Part shown: positions 13,320 through 26,340 of the stretch, piece after piece
Layout of the letters: each line of letters begins with the position of its first letter
Numbering within the stretch: position 1 is the first letter of the stretch
Source of the DNA: Botryllus schlosseri
Lineage: Eukaryota
Assembly (NCBI GenBank): GCA_051294905.1
Contig: CM119372.1
Coordinates: 34,908,001-34,972,000 of the forward strand
Reading direction: 5' to 3'
Length of the DNA: 64,000 bases
The notes under the pieces: model-generated
Database searches by the model: none
Told to the model about the DNA's origin: nothing
The model's input: the letters and a program-made list of their open reading frames with translations, nothing else
Translations under genes and position numbers: made by a program

Positions 13320-13690
13320 GTCGCGGACCGGATTACACATTTCAGATCGGTCGCGGGTATCACCAAAATTCCCCAACCAAAAATATTTCAAAATTCATGC
13401 TCTTGTTTTGTTTTTCACTTTAATACTTTATTAACCAGCCTATTTGCACCATACTATATTACAATATATTGCGGCGTAGGGGCTCTATTCTATCTGCACC
13501 TTTATTCGCAAACAGTGGAATTGGCAATGTTACGATGAATGGGCGACTGGGCGTCTGAATACACTTATAATGGCATATTTCTATGATTTCTCCGTTTTAG
13601 TGATATATTGGTATCAACCCTGCGTATGCGTTGTGAGGAATGAAAAGGATTTAGCTGTAAACGCGCACGTTGCAATTTGCTTCATATTTA

Positions 13691-14369
13691 TATTTTATTC
13701 TTTATTCATAGTAAAACTGGTAGATACACACATCGTCCGGGGAGCAACCTGCCCCCCAAAGATAAATGGCGAGATTGGTGTAAATTTTTTAAATTTCAGT
13801 AATACAGTCAAATTCTTACTCCCATGCTATACACGGAGAAGTCAGATTACAGAATTGTAGTAGATGAAGAATTGTCAAGGGTTACAGAGCAGAGGTAGAG
13901 ATGATTGAAAATGAAGAATCGAAATTACAGAAATTATGCTGTGATTCACAAGTGTAATTTTAGTCTAGTGGTGCATTCAAGGCCTTCCAAAGAATATACA
14001 CAGGGCCCAATAACGTGATCTTTTTGTTCAAGTCGAATCGAACTTTACCCGGAATCTATTGGATATGTTCCATGAGTTTTTTACTTACAACCCCTATAGC
14101 GCCAATGACTATCGGTACGATGTTTATTTGGCATCGCCACATTTTCTCACATTCCATTTTGAGATCTGCGTATTATTATTATATTCTTTATTCACGGTAA
14201 AACTGGTAAATACACACGCAATCATGGAAGCAACCTGCCGCCAGAGGAATATGGCGAGATTGGAGTAAATTTTTTAAAATTTCAGTAATACAGTGAAATT
14301 GTTATTCCTATGCAATACATGGAGAAGTCAGATTATAGAATTGCAGTCGATGAAGAATTGTCAAGGGTT
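13691..14369. repeat. Diverged ~193-bp direct repeat (13691-13883 and 14177-14369)
   Basis: Both copies run TATTCTTTATTCA..GTAAAACTGGTA...GAAGAATTGTCAAGGGTT. Confidence 0.9.
13900..14172 (-). pseudogene. 5'-truncated R4/Dong-clade non-LTR retrotransposon (restriction-like endonuclease C-terminus)
   Basis: Minus strand reads YADLKMECEKMWRCQINIVPIVIGAIGVVSKKLMEHIQ*IPG...ITLLGPVYILWKAL; the 5' junction abuts a (TAA)n tract. Confidence 0.75.
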
Positions 14370-16280
14370 TCGGGTTTCTTTCGCGGCTGGAGACCTCTAA
14401 TATATCTTTCATGTTACCTGCATATAAGTGTTTTGCGTTGGCGTTTTGGCTTCTGTGAATATTTAGTTTTTTTCAATGAAATTAATTTGCACGTTCCTAC
14501 CTTCTCGGAATTGAGTGTCAATGTCAGCGTCCTGCTCATGATGGTGACTAGAAACCACAACACCGCAGTCGGGTGGTTATAATGTGGGCTATAGACATAC
14601 TCGACATGTTCTGCCTTGACGGATTATTTAATGGAAGTATTTTTTCGTAAAAATCTCGACGTTTGTTTGAAATGTGCTGGATAATACACGAATTTGTCAA
14701 TCTACTTAGAATTGCTTCGCGGACCAGATGAAATCCTCAATCGGACCTGATGCGGCCAGTGGACCGTGTGATTGACACCCCTTATTTACAGAGTTTTTAG
14801 GTAACATTAGACCTGGGAACAAGTCCGATTTGAGTTGAAATGGTTTCCGGTGACGACATGTGAGCGACAACTCCGAGCCAACTCGCTAAACCGCGCAGTT
14901 CATCGATCATTCGTTTTCGATTCATTCATTTTGTGGATGACCGGGTTTTGCTTTTGCCAAGTGCTGTTTTCGTGCGAGGCATTGTATTCGTAGTATCCTA
15001 CGTCTATGGTGGTAGTGTGAAAGGAACGAAGTAACGCGACAATGCGTTTTGGTTCGACTCTGAAACGCTTCTTCTATCGATATTGTCGAAGAGAATGATA
15101 ATATTCGAGCTGGCATAGTTGGTTTATTGACAGGCCTTCGGCGCGGAATACTGTAATCGAGACTGGGCGGAAACACGTTTATTCGGGCAAACCAATTTTA
15201 TCTCAACTCTGCAGACACACTACCGTAAAATTGCATGAATCATGAACATGAAATATCATGAAAAAGACGGTTAGATACATTTTTACTTTATTTCAACTTA
15301 TGAAGCGCCACCGGTCCGCCGACTATTTTTTTAAATTTAGCCGGTCCGCGAACTAAAAAAGGTTGAAAACTACTGGTCTACATCACAACTTTCATCGTGC
15401 GCTTCTTGACTTAAAAACCAATATCCACGCCGTTTTGCTTCAGTTAGGATATTGCAGCACGTTCAGCATAACACCATACCATGTCAATGTCAACCTATTC
15501 GTTTCATTTGGCCGATTATGATTCACAATGAGCAGATAATGTGCCGTCTACAACGGTAGGCCTATAAAGTAGGCTAAAAGCTGTCAAATGGCGTATGATA
15601 AGCTCACCGACAGTGCAAACATTTATGATACAAACGAAATGCAGGTGTCATTTGACTTTGTAAACAGTCTTAACAATTTTTTGACCTAACGCTACGATTT
15701 TGACAAAATTTTGACTTATTTTGATATGTCAAAAAAATCGCCCTAGTAAGACCTTTTTTAGTCAACTTTCGTGTCATAAGTAGAATAAGCCGTCTTAACT
15801 TTAATTTTTAACCGTGTTAATTAAATATATCTCACACAACGTTCTAACATTTTCGCCCCTTTTTCCTCAAAATCGTCCCCTGTTGGGGATATCGCCCACG
15901 TTGTGAACCACCGGCATCGTCTGTTAAAATTTTATTGAAATTACACCTTCTCTGGCAGATTTCTTGGGTTTAGCGGCATTCCAATGCGTCTGTAACGTTG
16001 ATAGCAATTTTACCAATGCCTCGAAATATCGCTGGGCTTGTCACCTAGCTAGCAAAGTTTTATAATATCAGACGATTTGTAACTACAAAACATACTTTCG
16101 TGTTATCATTTTAAGCTTCTACGCTTCGTCACTACAACTGTTCTTCAACAAATATGACAGATCGGTTTCCATTTATATCTGAGAAAGTAATTTCATTGTT
16201 CCACGCCGGTTATCCGACAGCCAACGAGCATGTCAGCATATAAGGCGAAATACCAGCAATTTCTTCTAAATAATACAAGT

Positions 16281-19125
16281 CAGTGGTCAGCCTCCAGGAT
16301 TGCCGAACCACGACCTAACAACGTCGACGGCCGCGTAGCAGTAGGCTTATATCAGCTGAAGCGTTTTGTAGCTCTGTATACAATAGTTGTATCGCATATT
16401 GGTGTGATATAAAACAGTCAAGTTATGTCAGGTAGTGGCGGGGCGCAGAAGCGGTCCGCAGATTCAGAACTTCCTGGGCCTTCCTCGAAGGAGGTAGCGA
16501 CGGGGAATTCTACAAGATTTGGTATTGATGAGTCAGTGATTGTAAAAGGTGTAAAAAAGCGCACTCGGCAATACAATCCGCTGACTATAAATAAATCGTT
16601 TTACGCAGTTCTTGGCGGTAATTACAAGGATGTGAAAGTTCTTCCCTTAGGAAATATCTGTGTAAAATGTGCGAATAGTGACCAAGTTTCGAAGTTACCG
16701 TCATGCACCGATCTCAGATCGAGCACAAATCCGATAGAGGTGCGAACGGAATTATACAATACCAGACCAGTAGAAGTGAAAGGAGTTATTACAAACGTGC
16801 CACTAGAAATGTCGGATGAGGAGATATTGCATTCGTTGACAAACCAACATGTTACGTTCGCGAGTAGATTCTCCTATCGCGCTGATGGAGAAACTATACC
16901 CGGTAAATCAGTGCTTTTTTGCTTCGCGTCGAGAATCTTGCCAGCCGTGGTTAAGATAGGATTCCTACGATTTAGGCCTCGCCTATACAATCAACCGCCC
17001 ACTATAGGTGCTATAATTGCAATCGCTTCGGTCATAAATCGAAGCATTGTCGAAGCGCGCAGCGTTGCTCTAAATGCGGAAACCGCCACACCCATGACAA
17101 GGTTGACAGTAGTGTTTTCCACTGCGTTAATTGCGGCAATTCTCACTCTGCTCCATACACTGGTTTCCCAAGGTATCAACAGGAAATTAGGATTCCGAAA
17201 ATAATGGCGAACACCAAGGCAGGCTATTGGACTGCGCGGAATACGTTGCAAAACGAAGCTAGTGATCCGGTAGTGCCACCTCTCAGTGAATTCCCACCTT
17301 TGCCGAAACCGAACGCTACCTCGTATAGAATTGCGGACATTTCTCCAGAAGTGTCGAATAAAAACGCCCTACCAGATGAAAACCAGTATCGCCAGAGAGT
17401 ATCTCAGCAACAAGGCTCAAGAGTGCAGAAGACAGGGGATCATATCACTATCCCAATTTCCGGTTTTTTTTTAAATTTCATTGCCGAAGTCATGAAAAAC
17501 ACGCTAACAAGCTTTATAGAAAAAAAACGAATCGACATTGAAGCAATCATAGAAAAATCAGCTGGGGGAAATCTTGGTATCTCGGTGACAAATAATCACG
17601 CATTCAATCAGAGTAACGGCAACCAAGTTAACCAACTCAATGCCATGATGACCACTCCTGAAGTCAATATTGGAGGTGCGATCGATCTGACCTTTAGTGG
17701 AGGAAGCAATATGGATAATTCAGAGTGTATGGAATCGCATAACAGTCAACAAACGAGCGAGCCAACAATCGAGAATACCACGAATATGACTGCGGGTGGG
17801 GGTCCACTCCTCGCGAAAGACGTACAAGAGGTCATGAAAAAGTCGGGTAGGGACAAAGGACGTTCTTCACAATAATGCAATGGAGTTGCCGCGGCATATA
17901 TAGAAAGATCAATGAGCTGAAACATTTTTTAGAAGAATTAGCGGAAGAGCCGCAGATAATAGCATTACAAGAGTCACACTTGGTGTCCCGTTACAAGCCG
18001 AAAATCCGGGGATATAAGCTCATTCGAAAAGACCGAGACATATATGGGGGTGGGGTCTGCTTATTTATCAAAGAAAGGGTACAATACGAGGAAATTGAAC
18101 TGACCGGATTGGACCCGATAGAAGCACAGCTTATCCAGGTTGAAGGGGTCAACATCATGAACATTTACGCTCCACCAAATCGATCACTTTCTAAAGCCAC
18201 TCTAGAAGCATGCATGAACTCTCTGTCTTCGAAAGCAATTATTGTAGGCGATTTTAATCCGCATCATCCATTATGGGGTAGCAGCAGCACAAACAGATAC
18301 GGGCGGAACCTTTACGAAGTGATCGACAGCAATGATTTTGTGATTACCAACGTCACGGCAGGCACTCGCATCAACATCGCGTCTTATTTTGGTGCCACAT
18401 CTCTGTTAGACTTATGCATTGTATCAAAGGATATCGCACTCAAAATAGAAACCACGGTCACAGACCACTTACTAGGAAGCGATCACTTTGTCATATTCAA
18501 CGCGATCAATATCCCAATCGCTATACCAGAAAATTACTTTCGCTCATGGTCATTCAGCAAAGCGGATTGTGACAGGTATAGGCGAATTGGTGGACACAAA
18601 TTGATGTCAGGACTTCAAAGGGGTGATAATACTATTGAATATGCGGTCCAGGCAATCATACAAGCGGCACGAGCATGCATTCCTGTATCAAAACCCCACA
18701 GTAAGAGTTGTGTTCCTTGGTGGAACGAATCCTGCCCCAGAGCAGTTCGTCGCAAATGAGCGGCGTTTCTGAAAATGGAACTATCCCTTCATATTGATTC
18801 ACTGATCGCGTTCAAGAAGCAGCGTGAAGAAACAAGAAACACAATTCAAGCTGCCAAAAAATCTCACTGGGAAGATTTCTGCTTATCACTGAATAGCAAT
18901 TCTAAATTAACAAAGGTTTGGCGAACAGTACGATCAATGATGGGGGCCCGCACATGGAACGTCATAAATAGCATCAAGTCCCAAGGCATTAATTTAACAG
19001 ACAACGCCGATAAAGCAAACGCGCTTGCTGGACAATTTGCGTCGGTAAGTAGCGACCAAAATCTAGATTTGCAGTTCAGGGTCAGACGACAAGAGTTCAA
19101 AAACGAATACATTGTGCCAATTATC
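16281..19125 (+). mobile_element. I-group (I/Nimb-like) LINE, 5' half only (no RT)
   Basis: Inr-like TCAGT at 16280, then gag-like ORF1 and APE ORF2; homology ends before the RT domain. Confidence 0.9.
16425..17875 (+). pseudogene. LINE ORF1 (gag-like nucleic-acid-binding protein), frameshifted
   Basis: KGVITNVPLEMSDEEI...LPAVVKIGFLRF; after a frameshift near 17000, three zinc knuckles RCYNCNRFGHKSKHC / RCSKCGNRH / HCVNCGNSH; continues in ORF 17204-17875. Confidence 0.9.
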
Positions 19126-19131
19126 CAGTGA
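17875..19131 (+). pseudogene. LINE ORF2 N-terminus: apurinic-like endonuclease plus linker; in-frame stop at 18757-18759; truncated
   Basis: APE motifs QWSCRG, IIALQE, NIYAPP, GDFNPHHPLWG, LDLC, SDH, then PWWNE and KVWR. Confidence 0.95.
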
Positions 19132-20139
19132 AAAATTTATTTCCCTGTTCATCGTCATATGAAAAAATATTATAAAGAGCAACCAGAATGTTGGTAATCC
19201 CAACGCATAGTTTGATGGCATGGTAGGTTGTCACTGTTGAGAGGAATTCTCAAATATGAAATTTTCACTGACTGCTTTGTCAAAACTAATCATGTGCTAG
19301 TTCGGGGCATACAGATCTTTGAGCGATTTTGGTGTCTAATACCAACACCACGTGAGCTTAGCTCACACCTAAATTTAAAAAAACAATGGTAGGCCTACTG
19401 GTCGCGTGTCATTAATAGGCCTACTTGGCACTTCTTCACGGTACAAACAATTTTTCTCCACGGATCGCAGGTGTTCGGAAAGTGAATAATTCAATGGTGT
19501 ACTTTGGGGCTGCTATAACATGCGCTTCCTAAGAGTAGGCGTCCCTCGCACTCTTCACAGATGCTTGACAGACAAGTTATCCCAACCTAACGCAACAGCT
19601 AAACGCCTTCACCAGGATACCAACTGTTGGATACTAATGTGTTATGAAACTTCCCGTATTACGCTTGTATTCAAGTACCGGGTACTATATGCACTGTTGG
19701 TTAGCGTCATTATATGTGGAACCTGGAATAATTGTTTAAGAAGACTTAGCGTGCACCATGATATGATCGGTCGATTGAAAAGCAAGGTGTGATACTTGTA
19801 AGAGTAGTGTAATAGCTGGTGGCCATAACTTAAAATGCAATGAAACCGGTCTCAACCGAATGCTATTGCTGCACTGGAACCCATCCTCCCCAAATCACCA
19901 TCAAAGGAATCGGAATAGGAATTGTCCCGAACAATTGTGAATCCGCAAAACATTCATAAAAAAGTCGGCTTTCAGTGGAACTACCTGACAAATTTTACTA
20001 AATAATATTCAACAACTAGTTGGTCAACACTACTTCACATAAGCACTAGGCATGTTGCATCACTAAGTCAGGAAACACAGCAATGGTCATGAATTGAAAA
20101 ATATCGATGATACTAAAAAATAATTCGGTTTTTCAACTT

Positions 20140-20620
20140 AGCGCCTCATAAACCGTAATTTGGCTCCAGAAACGGAGCAAAATAAAAATGCTGTTACGTA
20201 GTGTTACTCGTATGCAATAAGGAGACATGGTTAACCAGAGGATATTTGGCAGTCGATTTGAAGCAGGTCAATTGAAAATTCAAGGCCTGACTGTTGAGAA
20301 ATCCTGGTCAAAACGACTTAAAGCAGGGGATTCCAATGTGCACCACAGCCACTTGGAAAAGGCAGCAAGCAACACAAATGAGCAATGGTATGGTACAATG
20401 TGCACTAAACTCATTAATATAAATATGTGGCACGTCGTTCGCGGAGGTGCAAGTCTGTAGTCAACAATCCTTGCCACAAGCCCACAAGCATCTCTTTGAA
20501 TGACAATGAATGCTATACCTGATATAACTTTAGTAGTTTGTGCTTACCGTGACCTGGACACAACTGCTAAATCATATTAGCATTTCTCATGTTACTAAAA
20601 TTCCTTCAAAACCGTGCATG
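20140..20620 (+). pseudogene. Possible highly decayed hAT (ZMYM1/Tip100-like) transposase remnant
   Basis: Broken frames WLQ...KNAV..C, AYRD and FLMLLKFL echo the WLEYS..KDAVFC and LAFRG..GNFL.LL motifs. Confidence 0.3.
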
Positions 20621-21297
20621 CTTGCTAACAGTTTTCCTCCTGCATCCGTACTCCGGCCGCGTGTGTGTTTGTTGAGAATGATGTAGCAGTCGGACTGATT
20701 TTATGACTCGTTTGTACCATCATCGCAGCACTGTACTGGAGTTTTCGTTGCCAGATCAATATTTGTTCGGTAAACGTTTGCTCAGATGAGAACCATATAC
20801 GTTGAAGATGTCGTTAGTATCCAAGTCCGTACATTATGACAATAATTGCGTGGTATATATTTGATGAGGAGATGAACGTTAAATAAACTGCATATAGTAT
20901 ATACGTTCCAATATACGATGACAACCAGCTTTTGCAGCAGCATTGAATCTACGAGTCTCAGGAGTATGTTGAACTACAAGTCATATTTTATCGTCGGACA
21001 ACAGGGTAGACCGACCGATGTCTTTTGCATGTCATTTTCTTCAGCATCTTTGCTTTTATCGAGAAGTTCTTATTATAAGTAAATCTTCGGCAGGATTGTA
21101 AAATTACTGAAATATTGCGTCGTAAATAATTGGAGACGTTGCTTCTGCGCGACAGTCTGAATTCTGCGCTGCCGAGTATAGGCGCAGAAGCCTGTCTAAT
21201 GGGTTATCTACGGATGCTAATCGTTGTAATTCGTACTCGTATTCCATGACTTTAATAACATAATAGTACGCTCAAGTCGGATTCGAATGAAAATAGT

Positions 21298-21413
21298 GTA
21301 GCAACAGCAACATACAACTTGATGAAGATAGCAGGCACGTGGTACAGCAACAGCAACATATACATCTTGATGAACATAGCAGGCATGTGGTATAGCAACA
21401 ACAACAGCAACAT
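21298..21413. repeat. ~47-bp tandem repeat (about 2.5 copies)
   Basis: AGCAACAGCAACATA..CTTGATGAA.ATAGCAGGCA.GTGGTA repeated. Confidence 0.8.
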
Positions 21414-24400
21414 GCGACCGACGAACGAAATAACGTAGGGCGAAAGTAAGGGACGTTAGTAAGTCAAGGGACTAACATCAGAAGACGAGTAAGATTTGCA
21501 ATCAATTTTGCGTCAAAGTAAATAACCACTCATGGTGGTTCTCAGACGCTTTATATAGCGGTAAGAACAGCCCATCTGAAAAGGCTTGATTACAAATGAT
21601 GACTGAAATCAAGATAAATAAATGGAAGGCGTCATCCAAAACAGACGTGAACAATGACCATGTCAGATGAGTTTCTTGCGTGAGTGAGTGGTTGATACTC
21701 TTCGGCAAAAAAACGAAAAACTATTCCATGCTGTGTTAGTGATATTGCGGCACTTACTGTGCACGTAGCAGTTAGCACTGACGAAATTCAATTACAGGTT
21801 CATTTCATTGTTGTATGAGTTGCTGTTAATTGTGGCAGTAGAATTAGCAGTAGAAAGTTGATTACAATTATTGCAGTAATTATGCGATGCATGCAAGATA
21901 TTCGCCAGAACAAGTGTAATGGTCAACTGCTGCGTACAATGTATATTTCAGATTCTGATATCCTTCTTGACATCGATATTTCCTGTTCTTGTTACCAATG
22001 CTCGCGCAGTTCAAAGTGTTGCCACACATTATTCAACTCATGTTCATTGTGAATTTGATTCTGTTATATTACAAGATGTATTCATACTGACAGCTCGATG
22101 GCCTTGTCTCTCATTTCTACGATGATCCCATATAACTGTTTCAGCGCTACTCTGTAGATTATATCACAATGGTTTCAGCGGTTATGGCTGTAGCAATACG
22201 AACCAGGTCTCGCAATTGCTGCGGATATGAATAAATTAACCTAGGTCCTGGAATTACTGTACGTATATCGTAGGCCTATGTTGGTATCAGCAATAATCTC
22301 AGAATCTGAATTAATATGTATGGTTTCTGCGGTATTAATTGAATGCTACGCGGAATCCGCCAGATACGACCACGTCACCATATCTTATTAACTTATTATA
22401 AAAGTCGAGTCACATTACTTGCCAATGTTTGGTGCCGCAATGCCACTATACAGCACAAGTACCCTATTCATGCGTATTTTTGCTGAAAAGAGTACCAATC
22501 AATTACGGAGCAGACTCATCTAACATAGCCTAGTCTGAAATTACTTTCACCAAATACATTTTTTTGCGTTTGCCACCCGTAATCATATATTTAAAATGAC
22601 ATCCAACAAATCATGTTCGCAGCAGACAAATCGTGAGCGAAAATGGATACTAAAACAAATAGCTATACGCGATTGTATATTTTATATATTTCACCACGCC
22701 TATGGTAGAGATGAGTGGCATTGTTCACGAAATTCCAGCTCAGGTCGGACGAATTACTGTTTATGGATAATTCAACTTTTCTATGGATGAATAAAAGACG
22801 CCGATGAACAAATTCTGATACGGAATCCTGCGCGTCCAAATCGGAAAATTCGAATGAGGCGGCGATCGACGCGGGGACCCTTGGTTACATAAACGCTAAA
22901 CTGTAAAATACAGGATTGTCGCATCACTACATTGTTTGATATCGCACATGACTCACGTTGCTCCGTTTGTTCAAATTGCAACACAGAGAGGAATATTCAG
23001 TGTTTGCTGTCTAGTTAGGTTCTTTTTTATTTTACTTCGCAAAAACTGTCCAATTAAATTACGAAATCTGGCTAATTAGTTGTTTCAGTAAAAGTGGGGG
23101 GATACGGTGTTAATTTTGTATTTATATAGGTGGGCTGTGGCTCTTTTTGGTAGCACGGTATTGCGGTCAAACTCGCCGGATCTGACTCGTTAACTCCACC
23201 AGATGTATAGTATTTTCTTTTACAGGCATCCGGTTTTATATGCTGTTAAATTTACAGTTCTTCAATATTAAACAAGAATTGAAAACTATTGGAACTTACT
23301 GCCGAGTCGCACATAGTAAGTCGCTTATTGGTGATTCGATTATAACATTATGATGTATCCCATACGTAGTGGTCTGTAACACTTAATGCTAATGCGATAG
23401 AGTAGTGCTCTTCAACCATGTTCGTGTTGGTACACCCTTTTAACGTTTAGTCATAACTCCACCCCTGGCAACATAATACACCAATTCCGTATAGTAAGCC
23501 TTATCCAGGGGTGTTCCACCTTTTTGCTATTCACGACGCATTTCGAAGAAATGTATAGCATACGGCTGCATTCCAGCTTACAGTCGTTATGACCTATCTG
23601 GACGACAGATAACCTACTCATGTTAAATTGGCTACCAGGAATTTCGCACCCCGGATAGACCTTGTGGTGTTCCGAGTCATCGCTGTTTTTCTTAAATATA
23701 CCTTGCGTATAAAAGTTTCTAACTGTATAAGCAGAACACCCCCACAGGATTACTATATATCAGTGGCTCTCAACCTTTTTGTCTTTGTGGACCCCTTTGA
23801 GTCATGACGGATTACCTCCTCCCTCCCCCCCACACACACTATGGTATAGTTCAAATATAGCTCAATTATCGTATTGTGAAAATATTAACTGCAAACTGGT
23901 GATTAACAGCAACCCAATGACTTTTCTTGAAAATACTTGTTATGCAGCACTTGGAAAAACTTTTCATATTTCAAAGCGAATTCTTCAGCTGCATTTCTTG
24001 AAATACACGGTCTTGTGCTGAAAATTCACGCGGTCGATTTGATGTGAACGAGTGCCGACTACCCATTTCCAGAAAGAACGGTTCCAACGACATTTTTGGG
24101 TGTGATCGCAACATATATGGCACCAAAATTGAGAAACAGATTTTTATTCGTTCATCCCATTCATTTCTATACAGTAGCTTATCTTGAAGTTATTTTGGAA
24201 TAAAGATTATGTATGTCACAGGCGAAAATACATTATTGCATATAATATTTTTCCAAACTCCAACAAAACATCTCTAAACTGAAACATGTTTTTATCAGCA
24301 GGTTTTGGTAATTTGACCATTAAATTGAGTTGACACAGTAAAAAGAGCGAAACTTCTAACACTAGGCGAAACTTCCGGGGTGGCCCTATCTATAAAAACG

Positions 24401-25599
24401 CGGCTTATGGGGGTTCCCCCCCCCAGACCCCAAGACCTCCAGACCCTGACACTCAAACTCGGACTCCGTCATACTGATACTGTGTTGATGTAATTATTAA
24501 GCCTAAAACCACCCACTAAATCCATTTATAACAGGCAACTAGGTGTCATTCAAGTTCAAGATGAGATTTTCATGTGTGAAAGTAATCACAAATACAGTTG
24601 CAATGAAAACTCCTAATGCAAAAGTTTATACTTTTTGAAGGAAATGATGATAGGACTACAATGACTTGAGTCGGGATATTTTGGTGACTCGACTTGGCTC
24701 AGGCCAAAATACATAAGTAAGACTGACTTTTGACTCGGAACCTTGTGACTTGGTTACAACCCTGAATGAGGACCGAGAGCAAATCGATCACTAAGGTGAC
24801 CAAACAATGCAGTTGATATAATACATAGGCCTAGATAGAATTGAAACTTCCAATGAATAAAGGAACTACTATGACCGGAAATTGAATTGATGCATTTGGA
24901 ACTTAAAAAAGTAGTAATCAAAATTATGATAGCAAATATGACAGCAAAAATAAAAAAGAGCAACTAAATGAAAACTATCATACGGGTACAAAATGATATT
25001 GACTTGGTGTAGACTTACCAAGGTAGCTGAGACATCACGTTTCATAAATACCCAAAACAACAAGAACAACAAACAATAATGACTTCCCTTCTTTGACAAG
25101 ATACCTCAACTAAGAGGGGTTTATGCTCATGAAGAATTATTACCGGATCACTCAACAAGGATTAACTTATGGACCATATTCTATGTCAACAGCGAAAGAA
25201 ATTTGATTCATTCCTAACAGCTAACACAATAACACATTGAATGCTTGCGATGGTACCGGTAATAAAACAGCTTAGCCAGATCACCTCGTCAAAAGATAGA
25301 ATATGAAGCTTTTGAAACTGATAATAAAATGAGGTCCGGGGTCAGAACCAGCAGGCTTATAATACACCGCGTCAAATTTAAATATTGTTAGCGCAACTCT
25401 GTCTACACAAAACAGTGCGAACGCTAGTTTCAATAGGAACTAAACATTACTCAATACGCCTACTTCTGCTTACAATATACATTGCTGTCACAACTGTGCA
25501 AGTATATAATAAATAAAAACTCATTTCTCAGCATTCTATGTTGCAATAGATTTGATATGACACCGCTGATGAAAATTTTAAACTTGACAAAAACGACAG

Positions 25600-26340
25600 G
25601 GTTATTCGCAAAATGATGACTAAAAATCACATAAACGGAGAAAGACTCTCATAAAATAAAAGTAAGCTTTTTTAACAGGTGCAAAAATTCAATGACCGAC
25701 AACCAGTTACGGTACCATATCCGACACATGAATTTCAACGATTATTCGCAAAATTATAACAGAAATTTGCGTAAATGTAGAAGGGGGACCCTCATAAAAT
25801 CGAAGTAAGCTCTTAAACAGGTGCAGAAATATAATGATCAACCACTGTTTTTGGTACCATATTGTACATGGGTGGGCCTACACATATTTTTACGGTTATT
25901 CGCAAAATGATAACTAAAAATCGAGTAGATGTAGGAGGGGGCCCCCTCGTAAAATCAAAGTATTCTCTTTTAACGGGTGCAGAAATTTAATGATCGACAA
26001 GTGTTTACGTTACAATATTCGACACGGGTAAATGAATTCTCACGGTTATTAGCAAAATGATAATTACATTCGTGTAAATGTAGGAGGCCCCCTCATAAAA
26101 TCAAAGTAAGCTCTTTTGACGGGTGCTTAAATTTGATTATCGGCAACTGTCCACGGTACCATATTCTACATGGGTACATGCATTTTCATAGTTATTCGCA
26201 AAATGATAACTTAAAATAAATGAGAATTGGTCATTGCTCCCCCCCCCCCCCTTACATTATCGTATCATATTTTTTATGGATCCCCGGATTTCCGCGGTTA
26301 TTCAGAAAATGGTAATAGTTGCAAAGATCGCGTAAATTTG
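25600..26340. repeat. ~140-154-bp tandem array (about 5 diverged units)
   Basis: GTTATTCGCAAAATGA-like motif recurs near 25601, 25741, 25895, 26045, 26191 and 26297; the first four units carry CTC(A/G)TAAAAT..AAGTA and a GGTACCATAT-like motif. Confidence 0.9.

Larger units (their letters stand above)
12772..14783. mobile_element. Buster-type hAT MITE (nested)
   Basis: Ends CAGGCGTGCCAA / TTGACACCCCTT; TSD ATTTACAC/ATTTACAG. Confidence 0.8.
12639..15375. mobile_element. Old Buster-type MITE hosting nested insertions
   Basis: Left end GTGGTTCTCAACCGGTGGTCCGCG pairs with right end CCGGTCCGCG...GGTTGAAAACTACTG; TSD not recognisable. Confidence 0.55.
6605..15746. mobile_element. Pair of diverged ~360-bp inverted arms (6605-6966 and 15385-15746), possibly one long-TIR element filled by later insertions
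   Basis: CTAGGGCG...GTCAAAA-rich arm versus its reverse complement ending CGCCCTAG; TAA on both flanks. Confidence 0.55.

Noticed and set aside
21490..22130. Cys-containing short ORFs suggesting another transposase
   Set aside because: No recognisable motif, TIR or TSD.
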